64,000 nucleotides of DNA from a bacterium (GCA_027623015.1 JAQBVR010000003.1:2197-66196), one strand, 5' to 3'; positions 27,865-38,022 are shown, counted from the first letter of the stretch. Made by a program: numbers and translations. The notes: generated by a model not told the origin, from the letters alone.

Positions 27865-29652
27865 TTAGTTAATCGAAGGTGGGGCTCCATTGAGTGAAAA
27901 TGCGTGCCCCATGCTGTACAGCTTCTCTATGCCACTTCTGAGTTTCCAGTTCACGTTATAGACAAGGTACTGCTGCTTGTCGTAGCTGATGTTGCGAAGC
28001 TTTACGGTTTCCCAATAGTTACGTTGTCTGTTCTCTCCACAACGGCCTAAGAATGACGCTCTAGCACCACCATCATTGGCATCCAGATGGATGAGAGTAG
28101 GAGCTTGTGTTTTTACGTACGGACGCATAGCACTATCTTTTTTGCCATCAGGTACTGCACTAAGGTTGATGTTTTCAAGGCCATTTTCCCAGTGACCATT
28201 TTCTACAATTTCTTCGGTCTCTTTAAAAGATGCTTGATAGAGTTCTTCGTCTTTACTTTTGTTGAGGTATCCATGCTCGTAGCACCAGATCAAATTATAG
28301 GTTTCACTGTAGAGCCCTTTGAATGTCTTTGGGCCCATGTAGAGGGCGTCTATATAGAGCTGACGTACGGAAGATGGCACTTCTGCGAGCATCTCTCTCA
28401 TCCCTTCTACGACTTCAAGAGCAGATTGGTTTGGATCGTCAGCTTTCTCTTCTGTAGCAAACTGATCAATGTAGTCTTGCATACTCGCAAGTTCATACTT
28501 GTCATCTCCCTCTGCAAGACGCCATGCTTGGGTTAGAGCTTTTTGAGCATTGTTCCATTGTTTTTGCGATATCTCCATACGGACATCAAGCATCAAGCCG
28601 TCTATAGGACGGTCTCCTTGTCCGTTCACGCTCATGCGTAATGCATATTTTGCTTCGCGTACATAACTTTCACGTTTGAAGTAATCCAGATCGAGGAACT
28701 CCTCAGCTTCGTATCGCTTAAAACCTTGTGGTACACCATGTTTATCCATTTGTTCCATCACACTGTTGTATTCCTTGCGCACACTTTTCCATTTTTCTAT
28801 ATACAGAGGCAGCTCTCCCTTGAGTATTCCTTCGATCTCCTTCGGTGTGCGTGTGTAGTTGCTAAACAAACTACTCAGCCACTTTCCAACTTTACGTTCA
28901 CTCATTGCTCCTTTGTTCACTGCACTGGAGATCATTCGATTTGCTTTCTCGTAAAGGGCTGGCATGAGTTTATGACTATCGAGTGCGGCACGAACTTGTA
29001 GTACAAGACTTTCGCGCTCCCCGAAGTGAAGCTCGAGGAATTTCTTATCGTCTTTAAATGTAGCAACATTCTTTACTTGTGTAGACGAAAGATTTTTACA
29101 GTCTGCGTGCTTGAGCATTTCTTTTCTTTTGGTAGCGATGACCTTCGCATTTTTGAGTCGTTCTTTGAGGTCTACGTCTACAAACTTTTCCTTGGATTCA
29201 AAAGAGATAGACGGACTTTGAAACCGCCTGATCCAACCATCTTTCGATCGTTCACTTATGGATCCTTCCGCTACTGCTGTTGCAAGCATAGACTGTAAAG
29301 TTACAGCAGCCTTTTCTACACTGGACTGCAATGTCTTCATGATTCCACGGGCAAACTGTTCCCACATCTTTATATCCTGTTTTGCTTTTTCTAGTTCTCT
29401 TGCATCGAGTTCATCGAAGTTGACCCCTCGTAGTTCCATGAGTGGTTCCATAAGGCTCGCACTTTCATGTTCCGATACACCTCCAAGCTCATAGAACGTA
29501 CGCTTGTTATATCGGATAACTTCTCCGATCACACTTTCACGTGTACGTTTAAGTTCAGTGATCTTTCCTAGCTGACTTGCATCAACTTCTTGGTCTTCCT
29601 GTACATTGGAGTTTACTGAAGGCATCGGAATAGTATTGTAGACTTTGTTCAC
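27865..29652 (-). CDS. hypothetical alpha-helical protein with an internal ~100-aa duplication
   Basis: AVAEGSISERSKDGW..FLELHFGERESLV versus AVNKGAMSERKVGKW..FLDLDYFKRESYV. Confidence 0.8.
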   Translation of the reverse strand: MNKVYNTIPMPSVNSNVQEDQEVDASQLGKITELKRTRESVIGEVIRYNKRTFYELGGVSEHESASLMEPLMELRGVNFDELDARELEKAKQDIKMWEQFARGIMKTLQSSVEKAAVTLQSMLATAVAEGSISERSKDGWIRRFQSPSISFESKEKFVDVDLKERLKNAKVIATKRKEMLKHADCKNLSSTQVKNVATFKDDKKFLELHFGERESLVLQVRAALDSHKLMPALYEKANRMISSAVNKGAMSERKVGKWLSSLFSNYTRTPKEIEGILKGELPLYIEKWKSVRKEYNSVMEQMDKHGVPQGFKRYEAEEFLDLDYFKRESYVREAKYALRMSVNGQGDRPIDGLMLDVRMEISQKQWNNAQKALTQAWRLAEGDDKYELASMQDYIDQFATEEKADDPNQSALEVVEGMREMLAEVPSSVRQLYIDALYMGPKTFKGLYSETYNLIWCYEHGYLNKSKDEELYQASFKETEEIVENGHWENGLENINLSAVPDGKKDSAMRPYVKTQAPTLIHLDANDGGARASFLGRCGENRQRNYWETVKLRNISYDKQQYLVYNVNWKLRSGIEKLYSMGHAFSLNGAPPSIN

Positions 29653-29720
29653 AGTACTGCAATTTTCTCCTAGCTCTTTTTGTGTTCTATGCTACGCTCC
29701 TTCTGACTTCTCCTCTTCCT

Positions 29721-30314
29721 ATGATCCTATCTGACAGAGACATCAAAAGGGCCATTGCTGATGGCCGAGTTACCATCACATCTGAGCAACCAGAGTTGTT
29801 TGAACATATTCATGCATCGAGTATGGACTTGCGTCTAGGTAATACATTTAAGCTCTATGAGCACAGCAAGTTTGCCATCCTCGACCCGAAGCAGCCTGAG
29901 TCTTTCGCAACAGATATGCGCACTGTTACTGTCGCAGATGGAGATCCATTTATCGTTCAACCAGGGGAGTTTGTTCTCGGTGTTACACAGGAAACCATCT
30001 CCGTACCAGACGACCTTGTTGTTCGTGTCGAAGGGCGTAGTTCCCTTGGGCGCCTTGGAATCATCGTGCACTCAACAGCTGGGTTTGTAGACCCAGGATT
30101 CTGTGGAACTATCACACTAGAGATTAGTAACCTCAACCGTCTTCCAGTTGCTCTTTATCCAGGAATGCGTGTTTGCCAGATTGCGTTTGAGGAGATGAGT
30201 AGTCCTGCGGAGCAGCCGTACCACAGCAAGCCACACAGCAAGTATCAGAATCAGGTTCTTCCAGAAGAGAGTCGGCTGTCTATAGACCCGGAGTTTGTGA
30301 ATCTAAAGGCGTAA
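29721..30314 (+). CDS. dcd: dCTP deaminase
   Basis: MILSDRDI, SMDLRLG, EGRSSLGRLG, TAGFVDPGF, TLEISN, KYQNQ. Confidence 0.96.
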   Translation: MILSDRDIKRAIADGRVTITSEQPELFEHIHASSMDLRLGNTFKLYEHSKFAILDPKQPESFATDMRTVTVADGDPFIVQPGEFVLGVTQETISVPDDLVVRVEGRSSLGRLGIIVHSTAGFVDPGFCGTITLEISNLNRLPVALYPGMRVCQIAFEEMSSPAEQPYHSKPHSKYQNQVLPEESRLSIDPEFVNLKA

Positions 30315-30377
30315 TGCATTTGTGAAAGTTTTTTGAAGATAAGATTTCTCCAGTTTTATATATAGTGAGGCGGGGCA

Positions 30378-30450
30378 CCCCTCCCTCTTGTCGGCCATAG
30401 CTTGCCGCAGCAAGCGACGGCTGATCAGGGAGGGGATTAAGGGGAGGGTG
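30378..30450. repeat. CCCCTCCC/GGGAGGGG REP-like hairpin with GCCATAGC-family insert
   Basis: CCCCTCCCTC[TTGTCGGCCATAGCTTGCCGCAGCAAGCGACGGCTGA]TCAGGGAGGGG; insert begins like the one at ~11365. Confidence 0.7.
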
Positions 30451-30474
30451 TAGAAAACATTTCTTACCAAACTA

Positions 30475-30658
30475 CATTCCACCTTTTTTCCGCCCTTCGA
30501 CGCACTCAGGATAAACTTCAAAAGGTGGAGCCATGGTTCGTCGGGCTCACCATGACATTCTTGGTCTTGTTATATTGCCTGTCACAAGTCAACACAAGTC
30601 ATCCTAAGCCTGACGAAGCACCTTCGCTCAAACAAGGGCGGTTGGCAAAGAGTATTAG
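30475..30658 (+). repeat. degenerate copy (D) of the ~200-nt structured element, carrying three TTCG..GCTCA REP units
   Basis: CATTCCACCTTTTTTCCG...AAAAGGTGGAGCCA and CGCTCAAACAAGGGCGGTTGGCAAAGAG match the reverse complement of 36816-37022. Confidence 0.7.
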
Positions 30659-30668
30659 ATAGCTAGGT

Positions 30669-31676
30669 TTAGAGTGGCATATTGATTGTATGTAGGAGTT
30701 TTTGGTATTTCTTCCGTTCAACGCCTGGATCATGATGTTCCTTCATATACTGTAGAGCATTTTGTGAAAGTGATTCCTGTAGTGTTGTATTGCTGATGAG
30801 TTTTTCTGCCTGCTCTCGCCATTGTTCTGGTGCGTCAAACACAAGTCCAGTGATCTCGTGCTCTACTATCGCAATGTTCCCAGGTATTGCCCGAGCCATT
30901 ACCGGTGTGCCTAGTGCCATAGCTTCAAGTATTGTATTGCAACACCCTTCACTTTTTGAGGTATTGAGAACTATAGACGCGTCTTGCATCGCAGCGTGAA
31001 GGTCTTCTTGGGCGATGACATCTAGAAGATGAATACATTGTGAGGCATTTGCTATGGATTGTACTTTTTCTGCATAGAGTGGATCTCGTTTTACGCCGAT
31101 GATAACCAAGTTGATGTGTGCATCTTCATCGCGCCATTTTTGTACTTCTTCTATAAGGTAGAGCGGATCTTTTACGTCTCGTAGCCCAGCTGGGAGGAGG
31201 AAGAGGATGTCAGTTGTCTCCAGTGATAGTGCTTGTCGTAGTGAAAATGACGAAGGTTGTACAGCAACACCTTGTTCGATGATGCTGAGCTTATTTGTAA
31301 TGTTTGGCCAGAGTGTTTTAGCTTTTGCTTCTACCGCTTCGCTATAGGCGATGCACTGTTGTGCGCTTTGCACAACATGTGTCATGACATGGAGCTTCTC
31401 TGCATCTTTGGGTAGTTCATTGATGTCCGTCCCTCCGAAGATGATGACGTAGGGGATCTGCGTATGGAGCAGGTGTTTTCCAGATCCATAGGCGTGGAAT
31501 CCTATAATCAGATCGCTATGTGCATTTTCTAGATCATGCATCACTTCCTCAGTAGATTCCCGTAGGCAGATGTACCGAATCGTATGGCCAGCAGCTTCTA
31601 GATGCCTGCCTACGCGCCTAGCAGACGTCGTATTGCCTGTGCCGGACTCACATATGGATAGAATGGCGATAGTCAT
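30669..31676 (-). CDS. GT4-family glycosyltransferase, GLT1D1/SenB-like
   Basis: TGNTTSARRV..HLEAAGH, FGGTDINE, LPAGLRDVKDPLYL, NTSKSEG..N.ILEAM. Confidence 0.85.
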   Translation of the reverse strand: MTIAILSICESGTGNTTSARRVGRHLEAAGHTIRYICLRESTEEVMHDLENAHSDLIIGFHAYGSGKHLLHTQIPYVIIFGGTDINELPKDAEKLHVMTHVVQSAQQCIAYSEAVEAKAKTLWPNITNKLSIIEQGVAVQPSSFSLRQALSLETTDILFLLPAGLRDVKDPLYLIEEVQKWRDEDAHINLVIIGVKRDPLYAEKVQSIANASQCIHLLDVIAQEDLHAAMQDASIVLNTSKSEGCCNTILEAMALGTPVMARAIPGNIAIVEHEITGLVFDAPEQWREQAEKLISNTTLQESLSQNALQYMKEHHDPGVERKKYQKLLHTINMPL

Positions 31677-31856
31677 TGGGTCGAGTTTAGTCAAATAAAC
31701 GGCTATTTGTAAGGAAATCTGCCCTCTTAGGGGGTTGCTTCTTTAGTGGAAAAATGGTAAAAAATCTCCTTCGTTCTGTGATTTATTGCAGTCTGAAGCG
31801 GTCTTTCACATTACGGAAAACTTTTTCGTCAACAAACTTCATTTGAAAGGTGTAGA

Positions 31857-33302
31857 ATGGAAAGTTCATCAGTTGAGAAAAAGGGGACCGCACTGTTGCT
31901 CGAGGCTGTTTTACAGTCATGGGCTGCATGGGCGTTTCTCTGGATCTACGTCGGACTGAACGTAATTTGGAGTAGTGGTGTCACTGAGCATCAAATGTAT
32001 TGGCTTGGAGGCCTTGCACTCGGTGCGATTCTTTTGGCCATGAATGGATTGGCCAGGACGGAACTTTGGTGGACGTCGCGATCCCCCAAATGGTTCCGAG
32101 AGCATCCTCTCGCGCGGCTTTTGCACTCTGTGCACAACGAGGGCGAACTGGCAGGCATCTTTGTCTCGTCAGTCGTACTCGTGTTTCAGCTCGGACGTGG
32201 TCTTCACGTTCACCTTGCACTTGTCGAAGCTTTCACATTGTTTGGCATCATGTCGGCCGCGAACTTGGCCGTGCATCAGATGATGCCGATAATGGCTGCA
32301 GTTGAGAAAGCATTTGGGGTGTGGGGCGCGATATGCGTCGGTTCTTTTTTGAGTTCACTCACAGGAGAGCCGGCAGCGGCGATTTTCCTGTCAGAGTACT
32401 TCAAATCTAGAATTCCGGAAAAGGACCGGAAGCGTTTTGCAACAGGACTTGGAGCAACGATAGGCAGTGGCGGAGGACTTATGCCGTTCTCCGCGCCACC
32501 CATTCTCATCATTTGGGCGATTCTTCAGTCGGTCTTCGGCTGGACTCTCCCAGATCTGTGGATGTTTGTGGGTGGTGGGTGCTTGCTCCACGTGGGCATT
32601 ACGGCATGGAGGATGCGTCATATGGTCGGGAAGATCCAGCCTATGAGCAAGCCGAAACAAAAGGCTGCTTCGTGGCAGGTGTTCTGGCCGCTGTACGTTC
32701 TAACTACCGTGGTGGGACTCAATGTTTCGTACGAGTACCATCATCTCACTGCGTTGACATGGATAACCGATGGAGCGGTTGGCATCTGGGCACTGGTTAG
32801 GGCGATTCGTGATCCCTCGATTACAGAGACTGAGGGGCATGAGCAAGAGGGGCACGGTCGCCATTGGCAGCCGTTAACTCTTGGACTGTTGTTGATGGGC
32901 CTGGAGATTGTGGGAGTTGAAGCAGAAAAACTGCTACTGTTCCTGACAAGCTTTATCCCCGAAACGCTCCCTGTCTTCGTGATAGCAATGATGCTGTGGT
33001 ACGCCACCGCATTTACTAGTCACTTTGCTGACAACGCTCTGGCCAGCAGAATTTTCATCACGGTCGCAGCTGCCTTGACTACCTCTCTCGGTGGTCACGG
33101 AGACTTGCTGGCATTGTCAGTAGTGCTTGGTGCACTGTTTGGTGGGTTTCTCTTGATACCCGCCAACCTACCCAACTTTGCCATCGCGGCAGAGTTTCGG
33201 ATGAATGCCGGCGATTGGGCTGGCACTGCATACCGCTGGTATCCCACGTGTATCGCACACGTCGTTTGGATTGGTGCGATGTACTACCTGTTAATCCCGT
33301 AA
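31857..33302 (+). CDS. multi-pass IT-superfamily membrane protein, putative Na+/H+ antiporter (DUF1504-like)
   Basis: >10 TM segments; SSLTGEPAA, IGSGGGLMPFSAPP, ADNA, GGFLLIPANLPN. Confidence 0.7.
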   Translation: MESSSVEKKGTALLLEAVLQSWAAWAFLWIYVGLNVIWSSGVTEHQMYWLGGLALGAILLAMNGLARTELWWTSRSPKWFREHPLARLLHSVHNEGELAGIFVSSVVLVFQLGRGLHVHLALVEAFTLFGIMSAANLAVHQMMPIMAAVEKAFGVWGAICVGSFLSSLTGEPAAAIFLSEYFKSRIPEKDRKRFATGLGATIGSGGGLMPFSAPPILIIWAILQSVFGWTLPDLWMFVGGGCLLHVGITAWRMRHMVGKIQPMSKPKQKAASWQVFWPLYVLTTVVGLNVSYEYHHLTALTWITDGAVGIWALVRAIRDPSITETEGHEQEGHGRHWQPLTLGLLLMGLEIVGVEAEKLLLFLTSFIPETLPVFVIAMMLWYATAFTSHFADNALASRIFITVAAALTTSLGGHGDLLALSVVLGALFGGFLLIPANLPNFAIAAEFRMNAGDWAGTAYRWYPTCIAHVVWIGAMYYLLIP

Positions 33303-33319
33303 TCTCGAAAGGCAACTGT

Positions 33320-33349
33320 CGCGATCTCCTCCCGGAGATCGCGGCTTTT
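33320..33349 (+). terminator. intrinsic terminator
   Basis: CGCGATCTCC-TCCC-GGAGATCGCG then GCTTTT. Confidence 0.6.
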
Positions 33350-33403
33350 GATATTATGCAGATATATTCCCCCAAAAGGGGCTTTTTGCCTTACACTATC
33401 GCC

Positions 33404-34063
33404 ATGCCTTTCTCTCCCCGCCGTATCCTCTTCGAGGACGATCATCTCCTGGTCGTCGATAAGCTCAGTAAAGAGTTGGTTGTAAGGGGTAAGGGGAACG
33501 TACATAAGCTTCCTCTACTAGACCTTCTCAAAGAGGATTACCCAGGGCTTCGTGCAGTGCACCGTCTCGACTTCGAGACATCTGGAGCTTTGGTGTTTGC
33601 CAAGTCGAAGGAGGCTCTCGATGCCATACTCAAGAGTGACTTTGCTGGATGGAAGAAGATCTACACGACTCTCGTGATGGGGAGGATGCATAAAGATATT
33701 GGTGTCATCTCGCAGAAGCTTTCTGCTCGTGCAAAAGACGTTCTCGTTCCTGCTATAACGCACTACCGCGTACTCGAACGGTTTGCAAACTCAAGTCTCA
33801 TAGAAGCCAAGATAGAAACAGGGAGGCACCATCAGATCCGTAGACACCTTGCAACTCTTCACCATCCACTCGTGTGTGACGACGAGTATGGTCACCGAAA
33901 GTTCAACAAGGTATTCACGCAGGAGTTTGGTTACAAGATATTCTTTCTTCATGCATCGATGATTGAGTTCCCACATCCTATTAGTGGAGAGAAGGTACAC
34001 ATAGAATCCCCCTTACCAAAGACATTTGCTGGTATCGTGAAGAAGTTGAAAAGCTTGTGTTAG
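33404..34063 (+). CDS. RluA-family RNA pseudouridine synthase
   Basis: VHRLDFETSG, TGRHHQIRRH, FLHA. Confidence 0.92.
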   Translation: MPFSPRRILFEDDHLLVVDKLSKELVVRGKGNVHKLPLLDLLKEDYPGLRAVHRLDFETSGALVFAKSKEALDAILKSDFAGWKKIYTTLVMGRMHKDIGVISQKLSARAKDVLVPAITHYRVLERFANSSLIEAKIETGRHHQIRRHLATLHHPLVCDDEYGHRKFNKVFTQEFGYKIFFLHASMIEFPHPISGEKVHIESPLPKTFAGIVKKLKSLC

Positions 34064-34064
34064 T

Positions 34065-34112
34065 GTGGTTCGTCGGTCCTTCGTCGGGCTCAGGATGACA
34101 TCACCATGACAT
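34065..34112. repeat. REP unit nested within a related REP unit
   Basis: TGGTTCGTCGG[TCCTTCGTCGGGCTCAGGATGACA]TCACCATGACA versus uninterrupted TGGTTCGTCGGGCTCACCATGACA at 30534. Confidence 0.8.
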
Positions 34113-34348
34113 TGTATATACAATGTATCACCGTCGCACATGTGCGACGTGATGTATGACGGTGTATTACATTTTATATACAGCGTATTACATCTTATAT
34201 ACACGATATGGGATCCAAGGGTGCAAAGGTGTCTTGTAATAATCTTTTGTACCCTTTGTACCCCTTGTGCACCTTAGACATGAACTAAACTGATAATTAT
34301 TCTCTAAATCCAGTATGGAATTTTGTTCTCAGTCGTTACAATGCATAC

Positions 34349-35305
34349 ATGCGCGTTCTATCTGCGATGCAACCATCGGGCCAGCTTCATCTGGGAAACT
34401 ACTTTGGATCTATGAAGCCCAATCTAGAGCTATCTAAAGAAGCCGATGAAAGTATCTTCTTTGTTGTAGACCTTCACGCACTCACTACCGTGCATGATCC
34501 AGATCTTCTGCGCACATCAAGGCAAGAGGCAATGCATGATTATATTGCATCGGGGTTTGATCCTGAGAAGACTATCATGTTCTTTCAGTCATATGTTCCA
34601 GAGCATACGGAGCTGATGTGGATTCTTTCCACGCTAGCGCCAGTGGGCATGATGGAACGGGCTGTAAGTTATAAGGACAAGGTAGACCGTGGACTAGATG
34701 CAACTCTAGGACTGTTTGCGTACCCTGCATTGATGGCGGCGGACATCCTTCTCTATGAAGTTGATGTTGTTCCCGTAGGAAAAGACCAAAAGCAGCATGT
34801 GGAGATGACGAGAGACCTTGCGACGAAGTTCAACAATGCTTTTGGTGAGACGTTTACTCTTCCTGAACCGCTTATTCGAGAAGAGGTGGCTGTTGTCCCA
34901 GGGACAGATGGCCAAAAGATGAGCAAGAGCTATGGAAATACAATCCCACTCTTTGGAGATGAAAAAGGAATTAAAAAAGCTATTATGAGCATCGAAACTG
35001 ATAGTAAGGGCGCTAGCGACCCTAAAGACCCAGAAACTTGCTCTGTGTATCAGATTCACAAGCTTTTGCTTTCAGAAAGCGACGCAAAGGCTCTTGCAGA
35101 CGAATATCGCAATGGAATGTCTTATGGAGATGCTAAAATACAACTATTTGAGGCCTATATGGATTATTTTGGAGCAATGCGTGAGCGCAGGGCTTCTATT
35201 AGCGAAAAAGAGGTGATTTCTGTTATGGAAGAGGGCGCAATAAAGGCTTCTGCTATAGCAAAAGCCACTATGGAACGTGTCCGAACGGCTACGGGATTGC
35301 GATAA
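34349..35305 (+). CDS. trpS: tryptophan--tRNA ligase
   Basis: QPSGQLHLGNY, YPALMAADIL, VPVGKDQKQH, KMSKS. Confidence 0.97.
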   Translation: MRVLSAMQPSGQLHLGNYFGSMKPNLELSKEADESIFFVVDLHALTTVHDPDLLRTSRQEAMHDYIASGFDPEKTIMFFQSYVPEHTELMWILSTLAPVGMMERAVSYKDKVDRGLDATLGLFAYPALMAADILLYEVDVVPVGKDQKQHVEMTRDLATKFNNAFGETFTLPEPLIREEVAVVPGTDGQKMSKSYGNTIPLFGDEKGIKKAIMSIETDSKGASDPKDPETCSVYQIHKLLLSESDAKALADEYRNGMSYGDAKIQLFEAYMDYFGAMRERRASISEKEVISVMEEGAIKASAIAKATMERVRTATGLR

Positions 35306-35350
35306 GAGGTAAAGTTTGCTATACTGTATAGAAAACTTCTCACTTTTCTT

Positions 35351-36121
35351 ATGAACAGAAACAGACATCCACATTTTAATGTCCTCACTGCACTCCTTGT
35401 AGGTATCGCATTGGTACCTGTCGCAACGCAGTCTTTCATCGATGGACCTGACCATAAGCTCGCAGAGCTTGTGTCGCTCTTCCGTTCTACGGATGACGAT
35501 GGAAGGTACTTTGAGTCCGCTCCAGATATCCGTGCATATGCAAATGCAAATCGAGATGCATTCCGTACACAGCGCCGAGCATACACTCGTGCAGTCGATA
35601 GGTGTCGTGATCGTCTACGTGATGGCGAGGAAATAGAATGTCCAGATTTCAATAACCTTGATACATATATCGAGAAGCAGAATGCGAAAGCAGCTGCACC
35701 TCAAGAAAAGATACAAGATACAAAGATACCCTCCGACGCCAAGGCTATGGACGGCACGCAAGATGCAAATGAAGAAGAGGTGGTCGAATTCGAAGAGGAG
35801 GAGGTGAACACCGACATTATTGAACTTTCGACGATAGAGCGTAAGATGCTTCGTAGTTATGTTCGTGCAGGATTCTGTAGTGAGAGGGCTGGATCATTGA
35901 TCTTCCGACTATGTCAGTCTCTTGTCGACGATAGTGCGGCAACTCCTATGGGATACATCAACGACAACGTGAAGCTTCATAGTTTGCACTCTGGCCCTCC
36001 TACGACATTGAAACTTCGTCTGCAGATGGTCGACGAAGCTATCTCTGGTATCCATGGAAAGCGCTCAGATGGCACGAGGCCAATGAGGCCAAATAGTAGA
36101 AGGGTAACTGGAGACGAGTAG
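35351..36121 (+). CDS. secreted hypothetical protein with in-frame repeat insertion
   Basis: Signal-like N-terminus, Cys pairs; AAGATAC heptamers plus CCTCCGACGCCAAGGCTATGGACGGCACG at ~35708-35770. Confidence 0.75.
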   Translation: MNRNRHPHFNVLTALLVGIALVPVATQSFIDGPDHKLAELVSLFRSTDDDGRYFESAPDIRAYANANRDAFRTQRRAYTRAVDRCRDRLRDGEEIECPDFNNLDTYIEKQNAKAAAPQEKIQDTKIPSDAKAMDGTQDANEEEVVEFEEEEVNTDIIELSTIERKMLRSYVRAGFCSERAGSLIFRLCQSLVDDSAATPMGYINDNVKLHSLHSGPPTTLKLRLQMVDEAISGIHGKRSDGTRPMRPNSRRVTGDE

Positions 36122-36160
36122 CCTTTCTATAGGTTTAAAATCTAAACGGTGTTTAGCAAT

Positions 36161-36181
36161 AGGGTCTTTGACCCTTTTTTT
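36161..36181 (+). terminator. intrinsic terminator
   Basis: AGGGTC-TTT-GACCCT followed by a T run. Confidence 0.6.
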
Positions 36182-36215
36182 AGATTTATGCGTGTCAAAA
36201 CGTTAGCATAGGATC

Positions 36216-36785
36216 ATGGAATTCTTCCTCGCATCCGCTAGTCCACAACGCCGAGAGCTCCTTGAGGGTATTGGCATCGACTTCACTGTGGAGCCATCGA
36301 CTATCGATGAAGCGATGTGCACCGCAAGTGACCCTGTGCAACGTGCAATTGCACTTGCGAAGTTGAAGGCTGAAGATGTGCATTCACGTCACCCAGATGT
36401 ATGGGTTCTTGGAAGCGATACTCTTGTTGTATCTAACAGTGGTGAACTTTTGGAAAAACCTACAGATGCTTCTGATGCAGAGCGGATGTTGCGAGCTCAT
36501 TCAGGCAATACGTCTCAGGTACATTCTTCTATTTGTTTACTGGGCCCAGAGGAGCAGGTGTTGGAAGACATCTCTTCATCGTCTGTGACGTTCAAAGAGT
36601 TATCGGATGAAGACATCGCATGGTGGATCTCTACGAACCAGTGGCAAGACCGCAGTGGGGGATTTCAGATAGATGGACTAGGGCAGATGATGATCGAGAA
36701 CCTTGAAGGGGACTGGACGGGGGTGGTGGGGCTTCCGGTGTTTGCCTTAGGAGGTTTGCTGAAGAAGGCGGGGCTACGTAACTAG
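36216..36785 (+). CDS. maf: Maf-family nucleoside triphosphate pyrophosphatase
   Basis: LASASPQRRELL, GSDTLV, LEKP, GGFQIDG, GVVGLP. Confidence 0.93.
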   Translation: MEFFLASASPQRRELLEGIGIDFTVEPSTIDEAMCTASDPVQRAIALAKLKAEDVHSRHPDVWVLGSDTLVVSNSGELLEKPTDASDAERMLRAHSGNTSQVHSSICLLGPEEQVLEDISSSSVTFKELSDEDIAWWISTNQWQDRSGGFQIDGLGQMMIENLEGDWTGVVGLPVFALGGLLKKAGLRN

Positions 36786-36815
36786 ATTAAGACTGTCACT
36801 CTAAACCTAAATGTA

Positions 36816-37022
36816 AAGCTGTGCTGCGAAGCTAATCCTCTTTGCCAGCCGCCCTTGTTTGAACGAGGGCAAAACTTCGATGACTCATCCAGTCACTGAG
36901 TGCCAAGTGACCGCAGTCATCTTGGTCGAAGTGCGAACAGTAATGGCAATCAACTATGGCCCGAGTGAGGCTCGGCTGGCAGGTGTTTTGGCTTCACCTT
37001 TTTCGCGGAAAAAGGTGGAATG
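36816..37022 (-). repeat. copy A of the ~200-nt dispersed structured element
   Basis: Reverse complement shares CTCACTCG, CCAAG-stem-CTTGG, CGTTCAAACAAGGG and AAGAGGATTAGC..GCAGCACAGCTT with 51871 and 60700. Confidence 0.8.
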
Positions 37023-37033
37023 TATTTTCTTTG

Positions 37034-37849
37034 CTACACAAGCTTCTTCTCGAATACAAAATCACACAATTCATCAAATATAGGTGGAGTTGATGCGACA
37101 ACGAGGAGTCCTCCACTAGGGTTTCCTGGCTCTTCCCATTCGTAGCGGTACTTTCCACCTGCTTCTTCCATCATCAAGCAACCTGGGGCTATGTCCCAGA
37201 GTCGAATACCACGGAAGAATGCACCATCGTTCCAGCCGAGGAGCATCTCACCCATCTCTTGCGCTGCACAGCCGTAGTTCTCTATAGAGCTTGCATAGGG
37301 CATGGAGGCATACCAAGCACCGTTCTCGTGCTCTACAGCACGACGCATGATGTTACAGGAGAGGACAGAGTCATTCATACTGACCGTCTTGCGAAGCTTT
37401 ACAGGCTTGTCGTTGATCGTTGCTCCACCACCTTTCACTCCTGTGAAGTGGTAGTTCATAAGAGGCATGATCATAACACCAGCTTGTAAGACACCATCTT
37501 GTTGGACTGCTACGCAGGTGCCGAAGTTTGGCTTGCCGTGGATGAAGTTGTTTGTACCGTCTAGAGGATCGATGATCCATTCATATGAGCTGTCGCTCGA
37601 ACCCAAGCTGTCTGCCCCTGTTTCCTCTGCGATGAATCGGTGGTCGGGGTAGGCGTTCTGGATGATCGCAATCATATCCTCCTGACACTTGGCATCTGTC
37701 TCTGTAACGAAGTCTGTCTCTGAAGACTTGGTTTGAATGCTCAGATCACCACCATTGGTAAAGACGTCATGATACTTTTCTACTTGTATTTCCGCAGCTC
37801 TTTTTGCCGCTGCTTCTGCGATGATGAGGAGATTGTGTGGGGTGGGCAT
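37034..37849 (-). CDS. inositol monophosphatase family (SuhB-like)
   Basis: DFVTETD, AEE, WIIDPLDGTNNF, WDIAPG. Confidence 0.92.
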   Translation of the reverse strand: MPTPHNLLIIAEAAAKRAAEIQVEKYHDVFTNGGDLSIQTKSSETDFVTETDAKCQEDMIAIIQNAYPDHRFIAEETGADSLGSSDSSYEWIIDPLDGTNNFIHGKPNFGTCVAVQQDGVLQAGVMIMPLMNYHFTGVKGGGATINDKPVKLRKTVSMNDSVLSCNIMRRAVEHENGAWYASMPYASSIENYGCAAQEMGEMLLGWNDGAFFRGIRLWDIAPGCLMMEEAGGKYRYEWEEPGNPSGGLLVVASTPPIFDELCDFVFEKKLV

Positions 37850-37913
37850 TGATTGTAGAGTACAGGGCTTGGTGTTGGTTTGCATTGAATTGAAAAAGAA
37901 ATACATACCGTTT

Positions 37914-38022
37914 AGAAATAAGGGGAATAAGAGAAATAAAAGAATTTGGAAATATTGATATTACAAAAGTCATTGAAATCTCATGCAGAGAATTCCCTTA
38001 TTACACTTATTTCTCTTATTTC
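37914..38022. repeat. inverted pair of 9-mer tandem arrays (same family as 12170-12310)
   Basis: AGAAATAAGGGGAATAAGAGAAATAAAAGAA ... TTCCCTTATTACACTTATTTCTCTTATTTCT. Confidence 0.75.

Noticed and set aside
30669..31676. Selenoneine (sen) cluster
   Set aside because: No SenA/EgtB-like or selenophosphate synthetase gene nearby
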